A stretch of DNA of 64,000 bases from Macrostomum hystrix. Taxonomy: Eukaryota > Animalia > Platyhelminthes. The translations under genes and the position numbers were made by a program. Positions 1 through 38,247 of the stretch are shown piece after piece. Positions within the stretch are counted from its first letter, which is position 1. The number at the start of each line of letters is the position of its first letter. The DNA is taken from assembly GCA_950097015.1 (NCBI GenBank), contig CATNEN010000039.1, positions 4,650,001 through 4,714,000 on the forward strand, in the 5' to 3' direction. Under the pieces are notes generated by a model that was given only the letters and a program-made list of their open reading frames with translations, made no database searches and had not been told where the DNA came from.

Positions 1-950
1 ACACCGAACCGGCCTCAACAAGGCCTTATCGTCTGCTTCCCATGGGAGATTTTCAGTCGAAAACTCTTCGAATCTTGGAATCGCCGGTCCGAGTTGAGAG
101 GCATTTGAGTAATTTCAGGTCCCAACGGACCGGCGGGCGGCGCCCCTGGTTCAGATTTTTTCTCTCTTGAACTGCCTCCACGAATTTCCTCCATTTTATT
201 TTTGCCCCCCGCCCAAATAAATCCACAGTCTGGCTCCCTGATGAGCAAGTCCTTCTTCAACCTGGCACACTCGAACCTCCCTCAACTCAACCCCAGTTAT
301 TTTATCCCGTCTCGGCATGGGCAGTCGAGCGCGCCAGCGGTACTTCAGCAGCACGGCAATTCTGATCCGCGAACCCAGACTCGATTGGCTCCCGGTTGAG
401 GGGGCAGCGCACTCACCTCACCTTCTCTGCCTCCCTCCCAACAATCTCTTACTTTCTCTCTCTCCCTACTCTCTCATCCTTACCAATGGCCACCATTTGC
501 CTTCCTCTCATACCTGCAGGCATTCATGCCCCGCCGGCAACCTCCCAGCAACCAGCCGGCGCGACGGAGCAATGGGATGGGTGTCTGTGTGTGCTATATA
601 CTTGCGCCAGATACACGATAGCCGGTAGCCATTCAGTGTGTTTTCAGCGCAATAATTTTTATCCTCAATTTGCTTCTGCCCAGCTCTGCGCATCTCTCAT
701 CTGCTCTCCTCGCTCACTCTGTCCTCGGCGAAGGTCTTCTGGCCAATCTCAACTTGGTTCCGCTGCCCCGGCTCTTACCTATCCCCTCCCCCTTCCCCTC
801 TACTCACTGTCTGTCCATCCACAGCCAGCCCGCTGTCCGCAGACTCGGGGGACACTCAAGCCGACCCTATCAAGTCCGGGCACAATTAATACAGCCTTGT
901 ATAGTCGAGAGCAGCCACTCCAAAATCCATGCCAACTAACTCTGCAAGCA

Positions 951-988
<38 letters not shown>

Positions 989-2086
989 CCTGGGGGCGCT
1001 CGCAGTGGCAGCAGTGGAGTCAGCAAGAAAGGTGAGTTGCTTGACTGCATTTTTTCAGACTTTTTTCATTCAGTATTGTATTTTGGTTGCTAAGTGTACC
1101 AGTGGTCTAATGATGATTCAATGACACACAGCTCACCCTCACAGCTATGGTCATTCAATGACCCACTGCTATGACCCACTGCTAACCCTCACAGCTATGG
1201 TCATTCAATGACCATCTGCTTACTCTCAGAGCTATGATCATTCAATGACCATCTGCTTACTCTCAGAGCTATGATCATTCAATGACCCAGTTCTGATTTA
1301 TGAGCAATCTTTAATCTGTCAGTTAATGATCATCAACCGGACATCGCAGACATCAAAGAGATTGTCTGCCTGCATTTCTTAGAAACTTGATTTCTCTCAA
1401 GCAGCCTTTCTTGTCGTTGGTTTGAGAATAGCCAAATAATCCGCTGCCGTGATCGATTGGCTTTAGATAGTTTAGCTCGTTGAAAGCAGTTGGTGCACAA
1501 TTTCCTGGTCATTGTGAAAGCGTCTGTTCCTGGCACAATGGGGAAGAATGGGGATGGGGTGAATGGGGAAGAAAATCCCATATTGAATAGATAGCGACAG
1601 TTCCGATTGTTCACATTCTGCTTTTCCACTTGAAGCAGACAGTAATAAGTATGATAAGTACCGGTAGCAGTAAAGGACAAAGCAATATGCAGCGGGATCT
1701 TTGAGTGGAGAAGTGGGAAGTGGGAAGTGGGAAGAGGTGAAGAGAGACATTGTGGGATAGAGTTGAATTTTTTCCTTTCGAACATCTGCAGGGAATTTGT
1801 AATTAGCATGCTGCCGCTGCCGCTGCCGCTGCCGCTGCCGCTGCTTGTTAGCGCAGCCCGGTGGAGGCGGCTTCTTAGCACGGGACTCAATGTCTAGCTG
1901 TGAGCTGAGAGCTGCTTCTGGGAGAAAGTTTGCTTTCAGCCTCAGTTGGAAAACTGTACTCATATAAGCTGAGCATGAGTTTGTCTGAGTTGTGTACAGC
2001 TTCTCGTGCAGCTATGCTCAGATAACTGTGAGTCTTGCTGCTACTGTCACTGCAGCACTGTTCGCAACACTTTAGGTGACACTCAG

Positions 2087-2822
2087 TGTCTCAATGTCTT
2101 TCTCACCCTCTGTCTCACTGACTTTCTCACCCTCTGTCTCAATGTCTTTCTCACCCTCTGTCTCACTGACTTTCTCACCCTTTGTCTCACTGTCTTTCTC
2201 ACCCTCTGTCTCACTGACTTTCTCACCCTTTGTCTCACTGTCTTTCTCACCCTCTGTCTCAATGTCTTTCTCACCCTCTGTCTCACTGTCTTTCTCACCC
2301 TCTGTCTCACTGTCTTTCTCACCCTCTGTCTCAATATCTTTCTCACCCTCTGTCTCACTGTCTTTCTCACCCTCTGTCTCACTGACTTTCTCACCCTCTG
2401 TCTCACTGTCTTTCTCACCCTCTGTCTCACTGTCTTTCTCACCCTCTGTCTCACTGTCTTTCTCACCCTCTGTCTCACTGACTTTCTCACCCTCTGTCTC
2501 ACTGTCTTTCTCACCCTCTGTCTCAATGTCTTTCTCACCCTCTGTCTCAATGTCTTTCTCACCCTCTGTCTCACTGACTTTCTCACCCTCTGTCTCACTG
2601 TCTTTCTCACCCTCTGTCTCAATGTCTTTCTCACCCTCTGTCTCACTGACTTTCTCACCCTCTGTCTCACTGTCTTTCTCACCCTCTGTCTCACTGTCTT
2701 TCTCACCCTCTGTCTCACTGTCTTTCTCAACCTCTGTCTCACTGTCTTTCTCACCCTCTGTCTCACTGTCTTTCTTACCCTTTGTCTCACTGACTTTCTC
2801 AGCCTCTGTCTCACTGTCTTTC
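2087..2822. repeat. 24-bp minisatellite (TCTGTCTCACTGTCTTTCTCACCC)
   Basis: Direct tandem repetition. Confidence 0.95.
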
Positions 2823-3946
2823 TACTATCAATCCTTCTTTATTCACTATCTATCCCGAGTTATCTCTAACAATCATTCTCTCTATCTGTCTCAATCTCAC
2901 CTTAACTCTCTCTCTCTATCACCGAAGCTGTCAGCAATGCCTCCAGAGCAGTCAGTTGTGCCCCAGATTCCAGGTCATATTCGCATCTAAGCTTGAACCG
3001 AATCTTGCAACCAGCCCGCAACCTGATATGCCATAGGAACTTAAACAGCTAACTTTATGGCTAAGCCGGGGCTCAAATATCGCATGCTCTCCAACTGTCT
3101 CAGCAGTCCATCGATTGACTCTCCGCGCTCTGGCCCAGCATAGATTGCCGATTTGAGTCCATTAACTATTGCGCTACATTCCAGCTGTGGGTCTGAGAAA
3201 TGCGGTTTGAAGGACAGTGAGACAGACAGAGAGAGAGAGAGCTTTCCGCACCAGCATGGATTGCATGCTTGGCATAATATGAGACCGGCTGCTCAACTCA
3301 ACAATTTATGACACTGACCCCTTAAAATCATTCATTCGCATTTATACTGTTACTATCAGCTTATAGTGTGCCTTATGCAGTATAGTTACCGGCCTTACTA
3401 TTAACTCCACTTAACATTCCCGCTCTCAGCCGGAACTGACACAAGATTGAAGTGGACAGGAATTTTGCTCCCGCGGTTTCTGGCTCCCCCCACCCCAACC
3501 GCTTCCCCCCACGAGACCAAGCCGCTGCCTTTCGGTTTCTGCTTTTTGAAGCACTGAGCTCTAAGCTGTTCTGCTTGAGTCTCCCACCAGAGTCTAAGCC
3601 AAGAATATTTATTTCAGTACTACTGATGCGATTAGTAGGCTGGTCGCGTGTTGTTAAACAAATTTAATTTTAACAGGAGACAACAATGTCCTGTAAAACA
3701 GGAAGCCTGTCAGTTGAACAGAGAAAAGGCCAGGTGGAACTGAGCATTATGCTCTCATTGAATCAGCTTTAACAGCGGCTGCCTTCCTGCTGCCCAATGT
3801 CAGGCGAACCCAGTCTGGTTACAGAGCTCCCACGGAATCCCATTGTGCCCCATCCGATAAGAAAGGGTTCGCTGAAGTGTGATCAAGAACTGTGACCTGT
3901 GTAATATCCATGAGCGTCAGTCAGGTCAGTCAGTCACCTAAAATTG

Positions 3947-4241
3947 TCTCACCTGAGAATCGTCTCACCTGACAATCGTCTCACCTGAGAATCGTCTCAC
4001 CTGAGAATCGTCTCACCTGAGAATCGTCTCACCTGAGAATCGTCTCACCTGAGAATCGTCTCACCTGAGAATCGTCTCACCTGAGCATCGTCTCACCTGA
4101 GAATCGTCTCACCTGAGAATCGTCTCACCTGAGAATCGTCTCACCTGAGAATCGTCTCACCTGAGAATCGTCTCACCTGAGAATCGTCTCACCTGAGAAT
4201 CGTCTCACCTGAGAATCGTCTCACCTGAGAATCGTCTCACC
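3947..4241. repeat. 16-bp minisatellite (TCGTCTCACCTGAGAA)
   Basis: Direct tandem repetition; internal TCTCA-CC-TGAGA hairpin. Confidence 0.95.
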
Positions 4242-4719
4242 TTAGACTCGCCCCATCAGACCGCATGCGCCAAACGGTTTCTACTCCCCTATCCGAATCT
4301 GTTCCTATTTTTTCTAGCTCATCCGCAGTTGTTCCCAGTATAGGCCAGAGTTCGCAAGCATCGCCTAGTAGAAGCCGGAGCTGCTGCAGTCACCAGGGGC
4401 CAGGGCAGCCACCCCACCACCGCCAGCGGGGTGGAGGCGGGACTCACGATTAGCACAACTTCCTCTGCACGCGATCGGGTGGAATGCTCCCGACCCGGCT
4501 AGATGGATGGCCGCTTAGTTAGGCTGGTGTCAGAGAGCTGGAGACACGGAACACGGCACAGAGAAGATGCAGGGTCTACCCCCACTGCCCTCAAGGTTTT
4601 GAGTTCGTGACTTCAGCACTGATGATAATAAAATAAGCAGAAAACGAGACAACATTTTTAATGCTTGTTTATATAAGTTAGACAGGTTGGCAGAACACAG
4701 GCTGAATATATGACTGACA

Positions 4720-5385
4720 GACTGAGAGAGACTGAGAGAGACTGAGAGAGACTGAGAGAGAGACTCAGAGAGACTGAGAGAGACTCAGAGAGACTCAGAG
4801 AGACTGAGAGAGAGACTGAGAGAGACTCAGAGAGACTGAGAGAGACTCAGAGAGACTGAGAGAGATTGAGAGAGACTGAGAGAGACTCAGAGAGACTCAG
4901 AGAGACTCAGAGAGACTGAGAGAGACTGAGAGAGAGAATGAGAGAGACTGAGAGAGACTGAGAGAGAGACTCAGAGAGACTGAGAGAGACTCAGAGAGAC
5001 TGAGAGAGACTGAGAGAGACTGAGAGAGAGACTGAGAGAGACTGAGGGAGACTGAGAGAGACTGAGAGAGACTGAGAGAGAGACTGAGAGAGACTGAGGG
5101 AGACTGAGAGAGACTGAGAGAGACTGAGAGAGAGACTGAGAGAGACTGAGAGAGACTGAGAGAGAGACTCAGAGAGACTGAGAGAGACTGAGAGAGAGAC
5201 TGAGAGAGACTGAGAGAGACTGAGAGAGACTGAGAGAGACTGAGAGAGACTGAGAGAGACTGAGAGAGACTGAGAGAGACTGAGAGAGACTGAGAGAGAC
5301 TGAGAGAGACTGAGAGAGACTGAGAGAGACTGAAAGAGACTGAGAGAGACTGAAAGAGACTGAGAGAGACTGAGAGAGACTCACA
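4720..5385. repeat. (GAGAGACTGA)n microsatellite
   Basis: Direct tandem repetition. Confidence 0.95.
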
Positions 5386-5862
5386 GATAAAGAGAGATTT
5401 AGAGAGCTACTGATGGAGAGACAAGCAGGTTCCGAAAGCGATGCACTTCTGCTAATAAGCTTTCCGTCAGCCTATCAGGCAATTTGCGCACAAGCGGATC
5501 CAGAAAAAGTACAGAACTTTGAGTAATCTCAGCTGGTGCAGCACTGTGGAATGGCATTCAATCCATCAAATAAATTATGCTAATTCGCTAGTCCGAAATT
5601 CCGAAACCTGCATCTGCTTGCTGTCTCGATTTGTTTTAAATTCTCTTTTGGACTCGAGTGGAAGGGCCCGGGTCCTTGGGGATTTAACAAATTAGTCCTT
5701 TGTGCCTTTCTTCAAAGAGAGAGAGAGCGGGAATGAGCGGAAAGCAAAAGGAAAAGTAGAATTGCTTCCAAGAAGCAACCGTTAGTACGCTTCTGCCCCT
5801 GCTGCTCCAGTGCTTCAACGCTCGAAGATTAGATTTCATGCTAGATGCCAACCAAAACTACC

Positions 5863-6783
5863 TTGTCTACCTCTCTCTCTACCTATGTTTGTCTACCTCC
5901 CTCTGTCTACCTTCCTCTGTCTACCTCACTCTGTCTCCTTCCTCTGTCTCCTTCCTCTGTCTACTTCTCTCTGTCTACCTTCCTCTGTCTACCTCACTCT
6001 GTCTCCTTCCTCTGTCTACCTTCCTCTGTCTACCTCACTCTGTCTCCTTCCTCTGTCTACCTTCCTCTGTCTACCTCACTCTGTCTCCTTCCTCTGTCTA
6101 CCTTCCTCTGTCTACCTCACTCTGTCTACCTTCCTCTGTCTACCTCACTCTGTCTACCTTCCTCTGTCTACCTTCCTCTGTCTACCTCTCTCTGTCTACA
6201 TTCCTGTGTCTACCTCACTCTGTCTACCTTCCTCTGTCTACCTCACTCTGTCTACCTTCCTCTGTCTACCTTCCTCTGTCTACCTCTCTCTGTCTACATT
6301 CCTGTGTCTACTTCTCTCTGTCTACCTTCCTCTGTCTATCTCACTCTGTCTACCTTCCTCTGTCTCCTTCCTCTGTCTACCTCACTCTATCTACCTTCCT
6401 CTGTATCCTTCCTCTGTCTACCTTCCTCTGTCTATCTCACTCTGTCTCCTTCCTCTGTCTACCTTCCTGTGTCTACCTCTCTCTCTGTCTAACTTCCTCT
6501 GTCTACCTCTCTCTGTCTACCTTACTGTTTCTATCTCACTCTGTCTACCTTCCTCTGTCTCCTTCCTCTGTCTACCTCTCTCTGTCTACCTTACTGTTTC
6601 TATCTCACTCTGTCTACCTTCCTCTGTCTATCTCACTCTGTCTACCTCTCTCTGTCTACCTCTCTCTGTCTACCTCTCTCTGTCTACCTCTCTCTGTCTA
6701 TCTCACTCTGTCTACCTCTCTCTGTCTACCTCTCTCTGTCTACCTCTCTCTGTCTACCTCTCTCTGTCTACCTCTCTCTCTGT
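5863..6783. repeat. CT-rich 14-bp-type minisatellite (CTCTGTCTACCTTC)
   Basis: Degenerate tandem repetition. Confidence 0.9.
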
Positions 6784-7444
6784 ATACCCCTGTCTTCCTC
6801 CATTTTCCTCATTCCCGCCGGCCCCTATTATGACCGCAGTTTATCTCACGGTCTCATGCACTCTATCCCTCCAGACAGATAGCAAATTTGGCCGCTGCGC
6901 TTCGGCTGGGGTGAATTAGGCAGTCAGTAATTGTGGGTCTAATTCGGTGACTACTCAATCGAATTGCGTCCTATTGATTTCTAGTCCATGCGGCTATTGT
7001 ATTTCGAGAACGCTTTGGGGATATTTCTGTGCTTGCAGAGACTATTGATGTGGAGCTAGGCCAAGCCCTGACAACCAATCCTGGGCTAGGGATCAGCATT
7101 GCTCGCAAACTTCTCTCCTGCCCCTTCCAGCTCTGCAGCACTAATTAGGCAAGAATATGGCCAGGGCTAAACAAAGGAGGACAGGGATCGATGGCCAAAT
7201 CTTTTTGAGGCTGCAACCTCCCTTAGCCACCCGCCTCATCTCCCACAGCTGGGATCATGTTAGCAAAACTTCATCCACATGTACGCAATTTGCCCATCTG
7301 CTACTCCCAGCTGGGGGCATTGATTTCGAATGCGATGAGTTCCTTTGAGGACACTCGACACCCATTACAGCTCCTACTCAGCCCCACCTGCATCTCTGCT
7401 CAGTTATCTTACTGTTGTTCTGCCTACAGGTCAGCTGCCACTGC

Positions 7445-7790
7445 CTCATCTCTCCCCTGTCTCATCTCTCCCCTGTCTCATCTCTCCCCTGTCTCATCTC
7501 TCCCCTGTCTCATCTCTCCCCTGTTTCATCTCTCCCCTGTCTCATCTCTCCCCTGTTTCATCTCTCCCCTGTCTCATCTCTCCCCTGTTTCATCTCTCCC
7601 CTGTCTCATCTCTCCCCTGTCTCATCTCTCCCCTGTCTCATCTCTCCCCTGTCTCATCTCACCCCTGTCTCATCTCTCCCCTGTCTCATCTCTCCCCTGT
7701 CTCATCTCTCCCCTGTCTCATCTCTCCCCTGTCTCATCTCTCCCCTGTCTCATCTCTCCCCTGTCTCATCTCTCCCCTGTCTCAGCTCTC
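7445..7790. repeat. 17-bp minisatellite (CTCATCTCTCCCCTGT-type)
   Basis: Direct tandem repetition. Confidence 0.9.
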
Positions 7791-8164
7791 CCGGTTTCTC
7801 ATGTCTTCCCTTTCTCATCCTTTAGCAGAGGTCACCGCTGGAGTATACTAAAATATTGTTCGGCCCCAACAAGGTATAGCATAGCTCCTATGAGCTTATG
7901 TAAACAAATTAAACAACTGTTACATATTGTTTAAGTTTTTCTTTCCGATTCTCCTGCCGGGTCATTTAATTTGGCCCGATTAGAAGTCAGAATTTGTGTC
8001 AGATTTCAGTTTAAAAGTACATTTGTTGAATGCACTGATGACAGCGGATTAAATTACATTTTTGTTTTTAGCCCTCTCACTAATTAGCTGTTGCAGATGG
8101 AAAAGGCGACGCATGTCACTGAATATGATGAATAACACTAAATGGTTACGAGCGTAGTTACACC

Positions 8165-8385
8165 TGCCCGATTGTGCAGTCTGTTCAGTCCATGGACTGA
8201 GGAAATGCCACACTCACATTCAATTACCCTAGCTTAATTCTGGTTCCCATTTAACGGCTGGGTGAAATGAAACAGTGCATTGTTAAGTGCCTCGCTGAAG
8301 GACACAAATTGTTCCAGTGGAGTCGGGAGTCGAACCCCCGACCTTCAAGTCGCGACTCTGACGCTCTAACCAGTAGGCTTCAACC
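8165..8385 (-). mobile_element. tRNA-derived SINE family 1
   Basis: Reverse-complement copy of the 14.7-kb and 46.3-kb elements; B-box GGTTCGACTCC. Confidence 0.75.
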
Positions 8386-8461
8386 CGTCTCTAAAGGACA
8401 ACATAAAAATGTCTTTGATTTTCCTTTTTTAGCAGAAGGTGATCAACAACAACCCAGCCCG

Positions 8462-8496
<35 letters not shown>

Positions 8497-8566
8497 TAGC
8501 CAGGTCGGCAGCAGCAGCAGCAGCAGTCGGAACTGCCTGACAGTCAGGCGAGGCACCTTGGCCCGG

Positions 8567-8664
8567 ATGGCCAGCGCAGATTATCCGCCGAGTTCGTCAG
8601 CCGAAGCGGCGGCCGCCTCAGCGGTGCTGCACTCTGCCACCAGGGCGAGAAGTCTTCGTCACCA
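8567..8664 (+). CDS. Candidate upstream coding exon of the copine gene (MASADYPPSSSAEAAAASAVLHSATRARSLRH)
   Basis: Acceptor ttttag near 8432, ATG at 8567, strong donor ca|gtgagt at 8664/8665. The link to the 9.9-kb exon is not certain. A further likely non-coding exon ends at 1031 (aag|gtgagt). Confidence 0.4.
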
Positions 8665-9910
8665 GTGAGTCTGCTGTTGAGAACGTTGAGAATATTGAGC
8701 TCAGACGAATATAGGAAAACGGCAGGCAGATGATCTTAAACAACGAGTAGGTTGAGAGATATTGGAAGTGTCTTTGAAATCAGTACAGGGGTTACAGATT
8801 TCCGCATAGAGGTCTCATATGACCTTGAAATCGGTAGAGAGGTGTCAGAGATGACCTTGACATCGGTAGAGGTGGCCTTGAAATCGGTAGAGAGGTGTCA
8901 GAGATGACCTTAAACTGTGTACTTCTGTAGATAAATTCTGCACAAACGCATTGTATTTCAAATTTTTTCAACCGCCATCGCCATCGCCGCCAAAACGCGA
9001 CAGACTACTCCAGGTTTGCTTTTGCAGTAGTAGCATGAGAACATGCATTGGATTTTTTAAATTTAGGTAAAAATCAATACTATGCACATAATATTGGGAA
9101 TTCTGTCTGTTTAACTGGTAGCAGTTAACATCTCAATCGTGAAAAAACTTCCCTGTCTGCTTAGAGTCATTATTCCTCCACGCAGATCAATTAAGGAACG
9201 GACAACAGGGTTAAATTATTCATCAATAATAGGACAGCAGAATGGGACTTCACTGTCCGAACTGCAGCCCCGTCAGGTTTGATTTAGTAGAAAATATTTT
9301 CCGAGCTGTAGTTCACGCAGCGACGTTAAAAATGAAACCAGCCAGCCTATATGTATAGAAAAAGCTGTAACTCACATAAAAGTGCGGCGAATTCATGACG
9401 ATTCTCGGAGTATGTTATAAGCAAAGCCACTAATGCCTCAACGGGTTGGCGATCGCATTAGGGACCGACCAATCCTGGTCCTCTTCCCAGCTCCCCGGTC
9501 TTCCCTTTCTGCCAACCAGATTGGCAAAATTCTATCACTGTTGAAACTATTCATTTCACGCTGCACCTCCCTCTCTGTCCTACCCCTCCTGCCCAATGGC
9601 TGCTTCCCTCACTTACACCCACCCCCAGCATCCACGCAGCTCCATCTTGAAGGCGCTCATTTACACCAGCAGGTCTGAAGTACTGCACGCTGTGCAGGAG
9701 AGCATTGGCGACTAGGAGGAGACAGAGAGTGCAAGGGGACTAGCTAATTAATTTCTAGGCCGGAGCCAATTCCGCTCCGTTTCCCCATCCTTCATTCTTC
9801 CCATTGAAATCCACCTACGCGAAAATAGAATTCATTGCTGGCTCTCATTCTCGGTTTCATAAGCAGTTGAGCAGATAGATTCTAGCTAGGCAAGGCAGAG
9901 GATCATTTTT

Positions 9911-34077
<24,167 letters not shown>

Positions 34078-34689
34078 AGAATGTTATTGTGCAGCCTCCA
34101 TCGCCATCGATAAGTGGAACTATTGTTCGATACTCTGTCGCTTCTGTGTCAGTTTTTCACCTGTATGTCAACTGTCTTGTACTTTTGATTGGTTGGCTTA
34201 ATTTGCTTTAAATCAAATGCGAGATTACTGATGTGGAATTACAGATTTTTTCTTACAAGTTGTTCACTCTTGGGGTTTGTAGTTGAAGCCTACCTTTACT
34301 TTTTTGATAGGGCAACCCTTAAACTCCCGTTAGAGAGATTACTTGAGCTTACTTGATGCTTTAGGGTTGGGATTACGGGAAAATAAAAAGGGGATTCGCA
34401 AAAAACACAAACTCTATGTATAGACTTGATAAACATGTCATTTTTCTGATACTATTGCACTTGCATCGAGAGCACTTACTCTTTTTCTGATTTCAACACG
34501 AAAGCGCAGCTTCTGCCAGTCTCATTCATGCAGGTAATTCTTGTTTGTCTGATCGTCCAAGTGTTGGTTTGATTGGGCGACTTTCTTGCATGTCTACCTT
34601 TTCCCTCCCAAACATCACAAAGAGATTGTTGGCTGTACGCGCACTGGACATTTTGACTAATTTGACAGCGACGTAGCGGGCTCACAGTG

Positions 34690-35032
34690 GTACTAAAGTA
34701 CTAAAGTACCAATGTAAAAAAGTACTAACGTACTAAAGTACTAAAGTACTAAAGTACTAAAGTACTAAAGTACTAAAGTACTAAAGTACTAAAGTACTAA
34801 AGTACCAATGTAAAAAAGTACTAAAGTACTAAATTACTAAAGTACTAAAGTACTAAAGTACTAAAGTACCAATGTAAAAAAGTACTAAAGTACTAAAGTA
34901 CTAAAGTACTAAAGTACTAAAGTACTAAAGTACTAAAGTACTAAAGTACCAATGTAAAAAAGTACTAAAGTACTAAAGTACTAAAGTACTAAAGTACTAA
35001 AGTACTAAAGTACTAAAGTACTAAAGTACTAA
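34690..35032. repeat. (AAGTACTA)n 8-bp satellite
   Basis: Direct; core palindrome AGTACT. Confidence 0.95.
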
Positions 35033-36727
35033 TGTATTAAAATTCGTGATACAAAAATATTTTTTAAGCCTCCTAAAGCCCGACTGCTATAAAAAAAATT
35101 TGTCCGCAATAAACAAAATTCAAAGTAGATAGTTCTAAAATTCGAAGTAAAATTTAAACAAAATTCATCCATTCGCGCAGCATGACACCATTTGTATCGG
35201 GACGTGGTCGCCTTGGCTTTGAAAATCGAATTCAATTTTTTCGCTGTTCTTTTAGATATTTATGTTGATTAAAAATGCTAAATCTATCTAAAATAATTGT
35301 GACAGTGCTTTTGTGTTGGACTAAGTGAATTAGTGAAGATTATCTTTAAACTGGATTTTTTCTGCCTAAATTTTTTACTTAATAGTCATCGTGTCATAAT
35401 GCGCAACATCTTTTTTGTTATGCCTCTGTGCTGTCTTTTATCTCTCCTTTGCCACACACATGCTTGCTGTCTGCTGGTCCCTATCAATATATATTCCTCC
35501 GTTTCTTTGCGCTCGGTTCTCTGCGCAGTGATGAGATAAAGCAAGCACTTATATTCATATTCATTCTATTTGCCTTTTGTACCATCGCTTAATTGGACTA
35601 CCGTGGACAGTGTATAGCTCAGACAGATGGGCCATCCGATGCACTTGATTGAGGCTTAGAAAATACACTAGTGCAAGGCCTGCAACACTAGTGCAAAACG
35701 TTACAGTGGAGCTTCTACCGTACTGCCTATTCGAGTATGTGCGACCTGATTTCTTTATTATTTTCTTGCGGTGATGAAACACGTCCTGAAGTTTATCTCC
35801 TGATGCACGACTGCAAAGTACTCGTTTGAGTCTACTTTAATGTTCGTCATTTTCTAATGATTTTTTTTACTTTTGGTATTTATCTATACTCAGTTTGAGA
35901 CTTGTTGGACTGAAGCTGCTCTGCGTCGATGTTGATGGTGGTACATCTTGGGTCCAGTATTGTTCGCAGCTTGTCTATCGTCTGTTAACTCTTTCCGGGC
36001 CGTGGTGAAAAACTCGCAATATTGACAGGTGGAATTTAAGCAGCCAAGATTTACCTGGGATAATAAAATCTGACATCTAGAAGAAGATTAGTCCCGGGCA
36101 GATGCGTGGTAAGGTCACAAAAGCAGATTGGCTACTTTCAGCCACGCTTAGCGTTAAAACCCGCCATCTTGCAAGCGATCAATGAAGCAGGTGGCCTCAT
36201 CGCCATGCGAGCTGCTAGACAAATGTCAGCTGCTGCTAGACAAATGTCACATGACACGCTGAAGAAGCCGGCCTTTACTTCATTTCTTTCAGTTTGGGTA
36301 TGTGGAGGAAGAACTGCGATAAATGAGAACTTCCTTTGAAATTTGACTTGACACTGGCTGCAGCCAGCAAGCCGCCAGCATTGATGAGACATCTGATACA
36401 GACGCGGGTATCCCGTTACTCGTTACAAATTCTACGATTGTAAATTTCTTAAAGTACAGCTTTACTACCCCCGATACAAAGTAACTCTCGCATGGAAAAC
36501 AGTGGCATTTTTTCTTGATATTCTCCTGGAGAAGTCAGCCAACGCCCAATTAGCCTGCGGGCTCAGCCGCACCCAAAAGCTGGCAAGCCTTTGGACCGTG
36601 GGAAAGTTCCCATGCGGTATTTACAAGCAAGGCCACAGCAACTCGCAATTATTTCCACGCTTGTTTCTGCTCAACGACTACTCGTCAAGAATATTCTGCT
36701 CAATCTGCCAAGGCTGTCAGCTCAGAG

Positions 36728-38247
36728 ATGCTTCTTGGACCAGACGCGGGCGTCAGGCTGCCCAGCCGCGCTGGCGCCGAAGACCTGGTGGTTGTCATCG
36801 AGACGCCGGACAGACAGCAGCACCAGCCAGACCGAGTGGTGCTCCAGGACCACAAGATATCCATCGGGTACACGCCACTGCAGGTCGGGAAGCACCTGAT
36901 TGACATATTTTATCAGGGAGCGCGGATTAAAGGTGGGTTTAAGTCGCATCATGGCAATACTACTGAATACTAGATAAGTAGTGATTAGCTGTTTGTGAAT
37001 GATCTTCATACAAAGCAGTGATAATCTGACTTTATAACAGGATCCCCATTTCCATTCTTCGTCGACTCTGACGGCCTGAGGCGCCCGGATGGCCTCAGCA
37101 TGGGTCTTCGCCTCAATCAGCACCGCGCATCGAATGTATCATCTATGATGCAGCAGGGTGGCGCCTACTCCGGGCAGCACATTGTTGACGGTCGATTAGC
37201 GTTCAGCCGACAGGTGGCTCCGCTATCAGTTGTGGGGTGCTGCTATCAGCTCAGTCTTCGTTCAGCCGACGGAGGCGACCTCATGAAGTCCATGATCGTT
37301 TCGTTCGACGGCCCGGAAAAGGTCGATGTCGACCTAGAAGAACGGAGTCCTCGAGAGTACCAGCTGTCGTATACATTCTTTGCCCCGGGGGATTACCTGA
37401 TGCGTGTCTCAGCCGGTGGAACTGACATCCTCAATCCGATTCCAGTAAAAGTTGTCGGCAACGCAATCGGTGCCAGCGGGTCCTTCTTCCCAGACTCCCG
37501 CGGCCTCTTTAACTCGGATTCAAACGCTGCAAACGCTTCTTCGTCTGGCGCCTGGTTTAGTTCAGCGCGACACCTGAACCTCGGTGACAGTATGTTTACT
37601 AATGAACAGGTAGACACCGATGCGTGTGAGTTTGTGCTCAGTTGAGTGGAAAAAATGCCTCCTAGCAGGTTAATCACAAATGATGCCAGAGATGCATCAG
37701 GACCCAAACCGCTGTGAATTACTTTTATATTCCTATTTAAAGGGCAACTGATAATAAAAAATCCTCCGCAATACGAAATGAATATAATTTTCTTTTCGTT
37801 TCATTTTTGCTAATACAATCTAATTTCTTATAGTTGCCTATTTCGGTGCAAGGAACAATCATTGCTAAGCCCTAAAGAGAGTAGCCTATCCCTCAAATTA
37901 ATTTCCCCCGAACGCTGTTCACTTTCTGTCCTTCGCGATCATCAACGCAGGCGCAGCTACGCCACAGTGACATCTACGTCTACGGCGAGGGCATCGAGCG
38001 TTGCTGGGCTGGTCGCGAGACCAGCTTCGAAGTTCAGCTGCCGACGCACGCAACCAATGAGAGCGGCCCGCTGACTGTGACCATCGACGGGCCTTCGAAA
38101 GTAGATCTTCTATACAACGAGGTCGCCTACAATGTGTTCCGCTTTCGCTACACGCCCTCGGTGCCAGGAGCTTACTTTGTGGCCATCAAGCTGGGTCCCG
38201 AGATGCGCCACGTTTTGGCCTCACCCTACCGGGTGGTTGTACACTGA
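36728..38247 (+). CDS. Short filamin Ig-repeat protein (about 3 repeats, no actin-binding domain seen)
   Basis: Exons 36728-36932, 37041-37609 and 37951-38247 join in phase. Filamin motifs: IGYTPLQVGKHLIDIFYQGARIKGSPF; FDGPEKV..YTFFAPGDY; VYGEGIE..TIDGPSKV..YTPSVPGAY..LASPYRV*. Confidence 0.8.

Noticed and set aside
34683-34690. CACAGTG as a Transib/RSS-like terminus (also CCACTGTG at about 30081)
   Set aside because: No correctly oriented partner TIR or TSD was found in the window.
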